From Bryobacteraceae bacterium (GTDB lineage: Bacteria > Acidobacteriota > Terriglobia > Bryobacterales > Bryobacteraceae): a stretch of DNA of 64,000 bases. Below the pieces are notes generated by a model, which saw only the letters and a program-made list of their open reading frames with translations, did not search any database and had not been told where the DNA came from. Positions within the stretch are counted from its first letter, which is position 1, and the number at the start of each line of letters is the position of its first letter. Shown here one piece after another: positions 36,165 to 45,508 of the stretch. The position numbers and the translations under genes are program-made. The DNA lies in contig DATGMB010000240.1 in the NCBI GenBank assembly GCA_035293845.1, positions 1,476-65,475 on the forward strand. Direction: 5' to 3'.

Positions 36165-37349
36165 ATGCAACCCACCTCGGATGAGTATTACCGGATACAG
36201 AAGCTCCCCCCGTACGTCTTCGCCGTCATCAACGAGATGCGCGCCAAGGCGCGCGCCGCAGGGATCGATGTCATCGATCTCGGCATGGGCAATCCGGACG
36301 GCGCCACGCCGCGCGCTGTGGTGAACAAGCTGGTCGAAGCCGCCCGCAACCCCCGCAACCACCGCTACTCGCAGTCGCGGGGCATCCCGAAGCTGCGCGA
36401 GGAGATCGTCCGGCGCTATCGCGACAATTACGGCGTCGAGCTCGATGCCGAGCGCGAAGCGATCGTGACCATTGGCGCCAAAGATGCCCTGGCGCATCTG
36501 CTCTTCGCCGCTCTCGGCCCCGGCGACGTGGTGGTTTCGCCCAATCCCGCCTACCCCATCCACCAGTACGGCGTCTTCATGGCGGAGGGCCACGGCTGCA
36601 TGCTCCCTATGCCCACCGCCGCCGAATTTCTGGAGCGGCTTCACGATCTCTTCCGCACCTCGACGCGCAAACCCAAATTTCTGCTGATCTCCTTTCCGCA
36701 CAACCCGACCACGACGTGCGTGGATCTCGATTACCTGCGCGAAATCGTCGAGCTCGCCCAGCGCCACGGCACGATGATCATCCACGATTTCGCCTACGCC
36801 GATCTCGGTTTCGACGGCTATCGGGCACCCAGCATTCTGCAGGTGCCCGGAGCCAAGGAAGTGGCCGTGGAGATCTTCTCCATGTCGAAGAGCTACAACA
36901 TGGCCGGCTGGCGCGTCGGATTCTGCCTCGGCAACCCGCGCCTGATCGCCGCCTTGGCCCGCATCAAAAGCTACCTCGATTACGGCGTGTTCCAGCCCAT
37001 CCAGATCGCCTCGATCATTGCCCTGCGCGAGTGTGAAGAAGATACGCGCAAGATCTGCGCGATCTATCAAAGACGCCGGGACGTTCTGGTGAGCGGCCTC
37101 AAGCGCGCCGGCTGGCCGGTGGAGAAACCGCGCGGCTCGATGTTCCTTTGGGCGCCGATTCCGGAGCGGTTTCGCTCGCTCGGCTCGCTCGAATTCGCCA
37201 AGCTGCTGCTCGAAAAAGCGCAGGTCGCGGTCTCGCCGGGTATCGGCTTCGGCCCCATGGGCGAGGGCTTCGTTCGCTTCGCGTTCATCGAAAACGACCA
37301 GCGCCTGCGCCAGGCCACGCGCTCGATCGGGCATTTCCTGAAGCACTAG
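36165..37349 (+). CDS. Class I/II PLP-dependent aminotransferase (AlaA/AspC-like)
   Basis: Family motifs are LPPYVFAVINE, GNPDGATP and the PLP Lys motif FSMSKSYNMAGWRVGF. Confidence 0.85.
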   Translation: MQPTSDEYYRIQKLPPYVFAVINEMRAKARAAGIDVIDLGMGNPDGATPRAVVNKLVEAARNPRNHRYSQSRGIPKLREEIVRRYRDNYGVELDAEREAIVTIGAKDALAHLLFAALGPGDVVVSPNPAYPIHQYGVFMAEGHGCMLPMPTAAEFLERLHDLFRTSTRKPKFLLISFPHNPTTTCVDLDYLREIVELAQRHGTMIIHDFAYADLGFDGYRAPSILQVPGAKEVAVEIFSMSKSYNMAGWRVGFCLGNPRLIAALARIKSYLDYGVFQPIQIASIIALRECEEDTRKICAIYQRRRDVLVSGLKRAGWPVEKPRGSMFLWAPIPERFRSLGSLEFAKLLLEKAQVAVSPGIGFGPMGEGFVRFAFIENDQRLRQATRSIGHFLKH

Positions 37350-37378
37350 CGCGCGCCCGCGCTACAATACAAGCGGCC

Positions 37379-37885
37379 GTGTCCCGCGATGACATCCTCG
37401 TTCTCCTCCGTGAAAGGATTGTCCGCTTCGCGGCATCTCATCTATCGAGGGACGCCGCCGAGGACCTGGCGCAAGAGGTGCTCATGGTGCTGCACGAGAA
37501 ATACCCCCACCTCGACCGCGCCGAAGACCTCCTGCCTCTCTCGCTCCAGATCGTGCGGTTCAAAATCATGAGCCTGCGCCGCAAGGCAGTCCGCCGCGGC
37601 GAGTATACCCAGGTGTCCGTCACGGATATCCCGCTGCCCGACCTCGATCACAACCCGGCCGACTCGTTGGAACGCAAGCAGATGCTCGAGCGCCTGGCGC
37701 GCGCGTTCTCCCAACTCGGCGGACGCTGCCGGGAGTTGATGCGCCTCAAGCTCGAAGGGCGCAGCTTTCCGGAAATCCAGAAAATCCTCGGCGCGCGCTC
37801 CCTGAATACCGTCTACACCTGGGACCACCGCTGCCGCAAAAACCTGCTGGAATCGCTGGGCGGCGATTGGGAGGGGCGCCGATGA
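37379..37885 (+). CDS. ECF-type RNA polymerase sigma-70 factor
   Basis: I chose the GTG start at 37379. Region 2 reads AEDLAQEVLMVLHEKY and region 4 HTH reads ELMRLKLEGRSFPEIQKILGARSLNTVYTWDHRCRKNL. Confidence 0.8.
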   Translation: MSRDDILVLLRERIVRFAASHLSRDAAEDLAQEVLMVLHEKYPHLDRAEDLLPLSLQIVRFKIMSLRRKAVRRGEYTQVSVTDIPLPDLDHNPADSLERKQMLERLARAFSQLGGRCRELMRLKLEGRSFPEIQKILGARSLNTVYTWDHRCRKNLLESLGGDWEGRR

Positions 37886-39129
37886 ACCCGCGCGACATCG
37901 AAAAGCTCCTCGGCGGATATGCCGCCGGCACCCTCACCGATGCCGAGCAGCAGGCCCTCTGCGAAGCGGCGCTCCACGATCAGGCCCTCTTCGATGCGCT
38001 CCTGCGCGAGCAGCCCCTGCGCGACCTTCTGCGCGACCCCGCCTCGCGCGAGCGCCTGCTGGCGGCTCTCGATCCCCCGCCGCGCCGTGCCTGGCTTTGG
38101 CGCCCGGTCGCGGCCGCCCTCGCGATGGCCGCCATCGCCGTGGTCGCGGTGTCGATCGCCCGCCGTCCGCGCCCGGTCCTGATATCGAGAGCCGTTCAGC
38201 CGGCGGCCCCCGCTGTTAGCGGGAAGCCGCAGGCGGCAACGCAACCCCCCGTGGCGCATACCGATAGCCTGCGCGCTGCGGCCGATGCGCCGGTACAACA
38301 GAAGCAACCGCGGCCCCTGGCTCGCGCGCGCAGCATGGCCCCCGTCGCGGCGCCGTCCCCGCCAGCTGCTCCGGCGCCGGCAGCGCTACCGGTTCCTGCC
38401 GCCGCCGGGAACACGTTCGCTGCCGCATCCGCGCCCCCGCCGGCCGGCGACGCCGGCGCGAGCCTGCAAGGAGTCGTCCGCGATCCGACCGGCGCCGCCA
38501 TCCCCGACGCCACCGTCGTCGCCATCAACAAATTCACCGCCGAATCCGCCCAAGCTTCCACCAATCCCGCCGGACGATACGAGTTCTCCCGGCTCCGTCC
38601 TGGAATCTATAGCCTGAGCGCGCATGCCCGCGGCTTCAGTCCCACCGCCATCAAGGAAGTCCCCGTCCAGGCACAGGCCGCCCGTGACCTGATGCTCCAG
38701 GTCGGGTCCAAGGCCGAATCGGTGGAAGTCTCCGCCGCCGCTCCGCTCCTCGCCGCCGCGGCGCGGAGGGTCTCTGCGGCAGCGCTGGCCCTGCGCTACT
38801 CCATCCTTCGCCGCGATGCGGCCGGCCAGTTCGTCGACGCATCCCTCGCCGATCTTCATCCCGGCGATGTCGTCGAGCTGCGCATCACCGCTCAGCAGAA
38901 CGGTTATCTCTCGATCGGCGGCGGGCTCCCTGTGGCCCTGACCGCGATGGCGCCTTACACAACTTCGTCCTTCACAGGGCCGTCCGAGCTGAAAATCATC
39001 TTCGCCACGCAGCCGCAGCGCGAGGCGCCGCTCGCGGTTCCCGCGGCCGCGAACTGGCAAAACGGCGAATTCCTCGTCGCCGCGCGCCAACCGGGTCAGC
39101 CGCTGGTCTTCACCGTCAAGCTACCGTAG
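37882..39129 (+). CDS. Anti-sigma-factor-like membrane protein with extracytoplasmic CarboxypepD_reg-like and C-terminal beta domain
   Basis: The ATG overlaps the sigma factor stop (ATGA). The N-terminus LLGGYAAGTLTDAEQQALCEAAL is anti-sigma-like and there is one TM (WLWRPVAAALAMAAIAVVAVSIA). The extracytoplasmic part contains GVVRDPTGAAIPDATVVAINKFT...AGRYEFSRLRPGIYSL. Confidence 0.55.
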   Translation: MNPRDIEKLLGGYAAGTLTDAEQQALCEAALHDQALFDALLREQPLRDLLRDPASRERLLAALDPPPRRAWLWRPVAAALAMAAIAVVAVSIARRPRPVLISRAVQPAAPAVSGKPQAATQPPVAHTDSLRAAADAPVQQKQPRPLARARSMAPVAAPSPPAAPAPAALPVPAAAGNTFAAASAPPPAGDAGASLQGVVRDPTGAAIPDATVVAINKFTAESAQASTNPAGRYEFSRLRPGIYSLSAHARGFSPTAIKEVPVQAQAARDLMLQVGSKAESVEVSAAAPLLAAAARRVSAAALALRYSILRRDAAGQFVDASLADLHPGDVVELRITAQQNGYLSIGGGLPVALTAMAPYTTSSFTGPSELKIIFATQPQREAPLAVPAAANWQNGEFLVAARQPGQPLVFTVKLP

Positions 39130-40207
39130 ACCGCGCGCCGGTCCCCGCCTCCAGAAATTGCCGGGCCACGCGCGGCGCATCGAACCGCGCGACCCGCTCC
39201 AGGCCCGCGCGCGCCTGCGCCTCGCGGTCCGCTTCCGACCGGTAAAGCCGCTCGATCGCCGCGGCCAGCGCCTCGGCATCGTCCGGCTCGGCCAGGGCTG
39301 CATGCGGCGCCACCTCCGGAATCGCGCCCGCCCGCGCGCCCACGATCGGCTTGCCGGCCGCCATCGCCTCGAGTAGCACGATCCCGAACCCCTCCTGCAC
39401 GCTTGGCAGGCAGAACACCGAGGCCCGCCGGTATTCGCGCGCCAGCTCCGCGCGCGAAACGTCGCCCAGCCACTGCACCGCCGGCGCAAGCTGCAGATCC
39501 CGGGCCAGCCGCCGCCAGTCCGCCGCGCACGGCCCATTGCCCACGATTCGCACCGCCAGCTCCGGAATTCGCCCGCGCAGCCGCGCCGCCGCCCGCAGCA
39601 GCACGTCCACGCGCTTCCGCCGGTAGAACCGGCCCACGAACAGCACCGTGAAACGGTTGCCGCCGCCGGGTTCGTCCGCTTCCGCCAGCGCCCTCCGCCA
39701 CTCCCCCAGGTCGATCAGCTCCGGCACTACGGCCGGAGCGCATTGCAATCCGTAGAACTCCGCCGCCCGCTCCGCCGAATAGCGGCTCGTGGCGATCGCC
39801 CGCCCCGCCCGCTCCAGGTGCAGCCGCTCCCGCCGGGCCTGTGCGGACATGGTCCACCGCGTCAGCCCGCGCTCGAAGCGGGCTTCGTCGGCAATCACGC
39901 CCTTCAATGCCGCCACGTGCCCGGCTGCGCCCGCGATGCGGTACCCGTCCATATCGAATCCGACCGTCAGGTCGTGCTCCGGCGATATCCGCAGCCGGCG
40001 GTTGAAGAGCAGCCGCTCCGCCGTGTACACCGGCAGCCGCACCTGCGGCGTCTCGTAATTCACGCGATGTCCCAGCGCCTCGAGCGCGCGCCCCAGTACG
40101 GAAATCCCCACATAGGTTCCGCTGCCGCGGCGCACGTCGAGCGGTGTTGCTGTTAAGAATCGAATCCTCACGTCGTCCGAACGCGGGCTCCTGGGCCCTA
40201 TTACCAT
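39116..40207 (-). CDS. Family-4 (GT-B) glycosyltransferase
   Basis: The EX7E region reads PSVQEGFGIVLLEAMAAGKPIV. The start may be GTG 40171 (VRIRFLTATPLD). It overlaps the convergent anti-sigma-like gene by 14 nt. Confidence 0.8.
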   Translation of the reverse strand: MVIGPRSPRSDDVRIRFLTATPLDVRRGSGTYVGISVLGRALEALGHRVNYETPQVRLPVYTAERLLFNRRLRISPEHDLTVGFDMDGYRIAGAAGHVAALKGVIADEARFERGLTRWTMSAQARRERLHLERAGRAIATSRYSAERAAEFYGLQCAPAVVPELIDLGEWRRALAEADEPGGGNRFTVLFVGRFYRRKRVDVLLRAAARLRGRIPELAVRIVGNGPCAADWRRLARDLQLAPAVQWLGDVSRAELAREYRRASVFCLPSVQEGFGIVLLEAMAAGKPIVGARAGAIPEVAPHAALAEPDDAEALAAAIERLYRSEADREAQARAGLERVARFDAPRVARQFLEAGTGARSTVA

Positions 40208-40465
40208 GATACCGGGCCAGTGTGGCCGGACCTCTTCCGTGATGTATCCGCCAACTCCCGTGCTCTGGTGCGCCGCTGCTCCGCATTCCGTCCCGTTGGC
40301 CCGCCCGGTTCGTGTATCTACTCACGTCGTGGAGTCTTCCCCCATTGGTTCCGGGAGGTAAATAGCAAATCATTTTTGCTCTCGCCCGTTATAATCCCGT
40401 GCAGGCTGTCTGACAGACGATTCACTAACTAACGAAACGACGGCCGCAATTTCGGAGGAGTATTC

Positions 40466-43400
40466 ATGAACCGCCTGATCGCTGCCGTAGCGATTCCCGC
40501 CGCGTTCGCCGCGGCGGCGCTTGCCCAGACGCCATCGGTCACCTTCCTGGGCATGGATACCACCACGCGTGGAAACTGGAAAGGAGTATACGGATCGGAT
40601 GGCTATGTGCTATCCGATTATGCGCTCGCCGTGCCTTCCTACAGCCAGTTCAACGCCGTCAACGTCAATCAACGGCTGCTGGATACCTGGAGCTGTTCGC
40701 CCGACCCGGGCTTCACCTGCGATCCCCGCGAGTTGCAAAAGCAGCCCTACGCCTACAGCCCGCTCGAGCGCGTCGAAGGTTATTACTATAGCCGGATGTC
40801 GGACGATTTCCAGTTAAGCACCACCGACGGGCAGACTCACCGTATTGCGCTCTACTTTTGCGACTATGAGTTCTACGGGCGCCAGATTAGCGTAATCGCA
40901 CATAACACCAATACCGGTGCGGTTCTCGACACCCGCACGCTGAATAACTACTCCGGCGGCGTGTACCTCGTCTATAACTACACCGGCAACGTGGATTTCG
41001 AGGTCCTCGATAACATCGTGCCCACCACCGACTACATCCCCAACGGCACCGTCAGCGGCTTCTTCTGGGGTGGCTCGGGCGGCCCGCCCACGCCCGCGCC
41101 CAATGGCCCGGTGGTGAATTTCAGCCCGCTCGGCCCGCAGTCCGGGGCGGTGGTTTCCGGCACGGTGCCGATCCAGGTCTCGCTCGATGACGTTCCCGGC
41201 GTCACCAGCGTACAGCTCCAGCTCGATGGCCAGAACCTCGGGGCGCCCATGCAGTACTTCGTCACCAATCCGATCGGCAACCCGCCGGTGCCGCTGCCCT
41301 TCAACTACAACTGGGACACCACCACCGCAACCAACTGCTCCCATACCCTGACCGCGATCGCCATCGACGCGAATGGATTCCAGGGGGCTTCGCCGGCGCT
41401 CACCCTGACCGTGAATAACGGCCCGTCCAACTGCGGCAACAATCCCACGCCCGTCGCCACTCCGACGTTCAGCCCACTGCCCGGCGCATTCAACACGACC
41501 CAGCAGGTCTCACTGAACACCACCACACCCGGCGCCTCGATCCGCTACACCACCGATGGCGTCACCAACCCCACGGACACGGGCGGCACGCTGTACACCG
41601 GGCAGCCCATCACGGTCGCGAGCACTACCACGATCAAAGCGATCGCCTACGAATCCGGCATGCCGGACAGCAGCATCGCCACCGGAACCTATACGATCAA
41701 CACCGGACCCCGCGGCGGCGGAACGCTGGGCCTGGTGCAGTCGAATGGCGCCGCCAGCGGAGCGCCCGGCAATACTTACCAAACCGTCGCTTTCAATAGC
41801 CCGGTTGCGGGCGGCGATACGATTTTCGTCTTCGCGCAATACTACGGTCCGGCTGTCACGGCCACCGCCACCGATACCTGCAACGACCAGTTCACGCCGA
41901 TCTCCGGCTCGCCGGTCAGCAACGGCTCGAGCGGCACGGCGCATTGGTGGGTGGCGAAGAACGTGGCCGGCGGCAACTGCCAGGTGACCGTGAGCTACAG
42001 TTCGCCCACTTCCTACGGCGGCATCGCCATCCTGGAGGTCTCCGGCCTCGGTCCGAATCCGGCGCTCGATCAGCAGGGCAGCGGAACCGGCAACAGCGGT
42101 ACGGCGTCCGCTTCCCTCAACGCCTCCGTCGCGAACAGCTTCGCCATCGCGCAGGTCTGGTCGGATGCCGGTGGCGGCGTCTCGCTGGGCGGTAACTGGA
42201 CCACCCAGGAGCGCACTCGCTTCTCCACGCTCTACCAGAGCAACATGGCGGGCTGGCAGATTTTGTCCGCGCCCGGTGCGGCCGGGGTCTCTGCCGCGGT
42301 GGGCAGCGGGCCATGGATTGCGATGGTGGCCAATTTCTATAACCCCGGCGGCAGCCCCGGCCAGGTCGCGAACCCGGCGTTCAATCCGCCCGGCGGCGCT
42401 TACACGTCGCCGGTCGCGATCAGCACCACGACCGCGGGCGCCACCATCCGCTACACCACGGACGGCAGCACGCCCTCGGAAACGAACGGAACCATTTACA
42501 CCGCGCCGATCGCGCTGAGCGCCACCACCACCATCAAAGCGATCGCCTATAAATCCGGCCTGACCGATAGCGGCGTCGTCAGCGCAACCTATACCGTAAG
42601 CAAGGGGACCGTGGCCAGCCCGGTGTTCAATCCGCCGGCCGGGGCCTACACCATGCCGGTGGCCATCAGCAGCGCGACACCGGGCGCGACCATCCGCTAC
42701 ACCATCGACGGCAGCACACCATCCGAGACGCACGGCACGGTTTACAGCGCGCCGATCACGCTGGCCGCGACCACGACCATCCAGGCGATCGCTTATGAGA
42801 GCGGGTATACCGATAGCCCCGTGGTCTCCGCCACCTACACCGTCGGAGCGCCGCCGGGCATTTCGCTCGTGCAGTCCAACGCCACCGCGACGTCCGCGCC
42901 CGGCAATACCAGGCAGTCGGCCGCGTTCAGCTCGCCCACGGCCGCCGGCAACACGATTTTCGTGTTCGTCCAGTATTACGGCCCAGCCGTGACCGCCACC
43001 GCCACCGACACCTGCGGCGACCAGTTCCAGGAAATCTCCGGCTCGCCCGTTTCCAACACCAGCGGCGACCGCGGCGCGGCCCACTGGTTCCTCGCGAAGA
43101 ACATCGGCGGCGGCTCCTGCATGGTGACCGTGAACTACAGCTCGCCGACCAACTACGGCGGCGTCGCCATCTTCGAAGTGTCCGGCCTCGGCGCGAATGT
43201 GATTCTCGATCGGTCCGCCAGCGGCTCGGGCACCGGCGGAACGGCTTCGGCATCCATCGCGACCACCCACCCGAACAGCTTCGCCATCGCGCAGGTCTGG
43301 TCGGATGCCGGCGGCGGCGTTTCGCTGGGCGGCAACTGGACGACCCAGGAACGTACCCGCTTCTCGACGCTCTACCAGAGCAACATGGCCGGTTTCCAGG

Positions 43401-43489
43401 TGCTCGGCTCGACCGGCACGGTATCCCTTGCCACAACAGTAAACTACGGCCCCTGGATCGCCATGGTCGCCAACTTCTACGGCCAGTGA
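40466..43489 (+). CDS. Large secreted multidomain protein (1007 aa): N-terminal GNWKGVYG domain, Ig-like domain, three chitobiase/hexosaminidase-C-like (Fn3-associated) modules and two copies of an unknown ~205-aa domain
   Basis: The RBS GGAGGAG precedes the signal peptide MNRLIAAVAIPAAFAAAALAQT. The ...GA(S/T)IRYT(T/I)DG..P....GT.Y..PI....TTTI(K/Q)AIAY(E/K)SG module occurs three times (aa 329-412, 634-711, 716-793). The unknown domain spans aa 421-625 and 799-1005. Confidence 0.75.
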   Translation: MNRLIAAVAIPAAFAAAALAQTPSVTFLGMDTTTRGNWKGVYGSDGYVLSDYALAVPSYSQFNAVNVNQRLLDTWSCSPDPGFTCDPRELQKQPYAYSPLERVEGYYYSRMSDDFQLSTTDGQTHRIALYFCDYEFYGRQISVIAHNTNTGAVLDTRTLNNYSGGVYLVYNYTGNVDFEVLDNIVPTTDYIPNGTVSGFFWGGSGGPPTPAPNGPVVNFSPLGPQSGAVVSGTVPIQVSLDDVPGVTSVQLQLDGQNLGAPMQYFVTNPIGNPPVPLPFNYNWDTTTATNCSHTLTAIAIDANGFQGASPALTLTVNNGPSNCGNNPTPVATPTFSPLPGAFNTTQQVSLNTTTPGASIRYTTDGVTNPTDTGGTLYTGQPITVASTTTIKAIAYESGMPDSSIATGTYTINTGPRGGGTLGLVQSNGAASGAPGNTYQTVAFNSPVAGGDTIFVFAQYYGPAVTATATDTCNDQFTPISGSPVSNGSSGTAHWWVAKNVAGGNCQVTVSYSSPTSYGGIAILEVSGLGPNPALDQQGSGTGNSGTASASLNASVANSFAIAQVWSDAGGGVSLGGNWTTQERTRFSTLYQSNMAGWQILSAPGAAGVSAAVGSGPWIAMVANFYNPGGSPGQVANPAFNPPGGAYTSPVAISTTTAGATIRYTTDGSTPSETNGTIYTAPIALSATTTIKAIAYKSGLTDSGVVSATYTVSKGTVASPVFNPPAGAYTMPVAISSATPGATIRYTIDGSTPSETHGTVYSAPITLAATTTIQAIAYESGYTDSPVVSATYTVGAPPGISLVQSNATATSAPGNTRQSAAFSSPTAAGNTIFVFVQYYGPAVTATATDTCGDQFQEISGSPVSNTSGDRGAAHWFLAKNIGGGSCMVTVNYSSPTNYGGVAIFEVSGLGANVILDRSASGSGTGGTASASIATTHPNSFAIAQVWSDAGGGVSLGGNWTTQERTRFSTLYQSNMAGFQVLGSTGTVSLATTVNYGPWIAMVANFYGQ

Positions 43490-43525
43490 TTCACACTGCG
43501 CCGCGCCTGGCCGATAAGCCAGACT

Positions 43526-43825
43526 GTGACGCGGTTCTGGAATGACGCTCTGGCAATCCTCGATACGGCGAGCCGGGCGCCCGAGGCTGGCGCGGCAAAC
43601 GGCCTGGCCGTAGTGGTCGAGCGCTCCGGCGGCTTGCGGATTGTGATGGGCGAAGGCTGGAGCGCCGAAGGCCTGCAAGCGCACTTCGGCGCCTCCGCGG
43701 TCTACCAGGTGACACATTCGCCGCGGTCCGTATGTGTCGAAGGCCGCGGCCCCGGCGAGAGCTGCACCCTGCGCCGCTCCGTTGTAGGGCAGGTCCATGG
43801 CCTGCCTTACGCTCTCCTTTCCTGA
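43526..43825 (+). CDS. Hypothetical small protein (99 aa, GTG start)
   Basis: The ORF has high GC3 and fits the 37-nt gap before the next gene if that gene starts at 43863. I recognise no family, and it could be non-coding. Confidence 0.3.
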   Translation: MTRFWNDALAILDTASRAPEAGAANGLAVVVERSGGLRIVMGEGWSAEGLQAHFGASAVYQVTHSPRSVCVEGRGPGESCTLRRSVVGQVHGLPYALLS

Positions 43826-43862
43826 AGGCCACAGGCCCGCCCCGCGGCGTTACGATATCTCC

Positions 43863-45113
43863 ATGCGTTTCACCATCCCCGCCGTGGCTTTCGCCGCGCT
43901 TTCCGTTCTGCTGCTGGCCCAGTCCAACCGCCCATCCGATCCGCGCAGTCAGACCACCTTCTTCGTCCATCGCCTGTCCGACGACCACGCCGAAGGCATC
44001 GCCCTCCTCGATATGAACGGCGATGGCCGCCCCGATCTCGTGAGCGGCGCTTACTGGTACGAGAATCCAGGTTCGCAGGGCGGCGAGTGGAAGCGCCACC
44101 AATGGCGGACCGTCGACATCGTCGGCGAATTCGTCTCCGACTGCGGGGAATGGGCCGTCGATGTTAACCACGATGGCGCGCCCGATATCGTCACCGTCGG
44201 CTGGATGACCGACGGGCTCTGGTGGTACGAGAATCCGAAGAAGCCGGACGTGCTCTGGCAGCGCCACCTCATCGCCCACACGATCGAGACCGAAGGCGGC
44301 TGGATGGCCGACCTCAATGGCGATGGCAAGCCCGATCTCGCCCTCGCCCATTACGGCCACGCCGGCATGTTCTGGGTCGATTTCGCCGGTGCCGAGCCGG
44401 CCGTCCACCACGTGGGCGGCTCCGCCGAGGACGGCCACGGCGTCGGCATCGCCGATATCGATGGCGACGGCAAGCCCGATCTGCTCTCGGTCCACGGCTG
44501 GTTCCGCAATCTCGACGGCGGCCACGACCGCTGGGAGTGGCACGGCGAATGGAACCTCGGCGACGCCGGTTTCCCCATCATCGGCTACGACGTCAACCGC
44601 GACGGCCGCATGGACCTGATCTACGGCCAGGGCCACAATTACGGCCTTTACTGGCTCGAGCAGAAGCCGAACCACGAGTGGCAGCGACACGTCATCGACC
44701 AGTCCTTCTCCCAATCCCATGCCCTGGCGATGGCGGATCTCGATGGCGACGGCGAGCCCGAGCTCATCACCGGCAAGCGCTACCGCGGCCATGACGGCGG
44801 CGATCCCGGGTCCTACGATCCGCTGGTCGTCTATTACTACAAGCTCAATCGTGCAACCCAGGAATGGTCGCGCGTGCCGATTTCCGTGAACGGCACGGCC
44901 GGCGTCGGCACCCAGATCCTCGCCGCCGACTTGGATGGCGATGGCGACCTGGATCTCGCCACCGCCGGCAAGACCGGCGTGCATTTCTTCGAGAACCTGC
45001 GCGTTAACACGGTGCCCAAAGCGCAGCGCGAGAAGGAAATCCTGCTGAATCACACGAGCTGGCCGTTCCCCGGCGAAGGCTCGCCCGCGGAGTGGCAGCA
45101 TTCCAAGAAGTAG
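43863..45113 (+). CDS. FG-GAP/VCBS-repeat (integrin-alpha-like beta-propeller) secreted protein
   Basis: The signal peptide is MRFTIPAVAFAALSVLLLAQS. The motif D(L/M/V/I)(N/D)GDG.PD(L/I) recurs at least 7 times (DMNGDGRPDL, DLNGDGKPDL, DIDGDGKPDL, DLDGDGEPEL, DLDGDGDLDL, ...). Confidence 0.8.
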   Translation: MRFTIPAVAFAALSVLLLAQSNRPSDPRSQTTFFVHRLSDDHAEGIALLDMNGDGRPDLVSGAYWYENPGSQGGEWKRHQWRTVDIVGEFVSDCGEWAVDVNHDGAPDIVTVGWMTDGLWWYENPKKPDVLWQRHLIAHTIETEGGWMADLNGDGKPDLALAHYGHAGMFWVDFAGAEPAVHHVGGSAEDGHGVGIADIDGDGKPDLLSVHGWFRNLDGGHDRWEWHGEWNLGDAGFPIIGYDVNRDGRMDLIYGQGHNYGLYWLEQKPNHEWQRHVIDQSFSQSHALAMADLDGDGEPELITGKRYRGHDGGDPGSYDPLVVYYYKLNRATQEWSRVPISVNGTAGVGTQILAADLDGDGDLDLATAGKTGVHFFENLRVNTVPKAQREKEILLNHTSWPFPGEGSPAEWQHSKK

Positions 45114-45134
45114 AGGGCCGGCGTGGCCGGTGCG

Positions 45135-45479
45135 TCAGGCCTTCCGCTTCAGCAGCCCGATCGTATTCCCATCCGGGTCCGCGAACCACGCGAACATCCC
45201 GGCGCCGGGGAGGGTGACGGGCGGCACCACGGTCTTTGCCCCGAGCGACTCGGCCTTCCGCAGGCTGGCCGCCACGTCATCGACCTCCACGTAAAACATC
45301 GTGTAATGCTGCGGCTCGTGACCGAGCGCGGTGATGTGGCCGGCAATCGCGCCCCCGGTTGAAATGTTGTGAGCGGGCCCCTGTTCCTCGATCGACCAAT
45401 CGAAGAGGGCGGAATAGAAACCGGCGGTTTTGGCGCGGTCGCGGCAACCAATCTCAAAGTGAACGACGGGATTGGGCAT
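45135..45479 (-). CDS. VOC/glyoxalase-family protein (114 aa)
   Basis: The product reads MPNPVVHFEIGCRDRAKTAGFYSALFDW...FADPDGNTIGLL, a typical glyoxalase/bleomycin-resistance fold. The longer ORF in the track is an upstream extension. Confidence 0.8.
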   Translation of the reverse strand: MPNPVVHFEIGCRDRAKTAGFYSALFDWSIEEQGPAHNISTGGAIAGHITALGHEPQHYTMFYVEVDDVAASLRKAESLGAKTVVPPVTLPGAGMFAWFADPDGNTIGLLKRKA

Positions 45480-45508
45480 GGCCCAGTATAACCGGAATTG
45501 GGCCGCGG

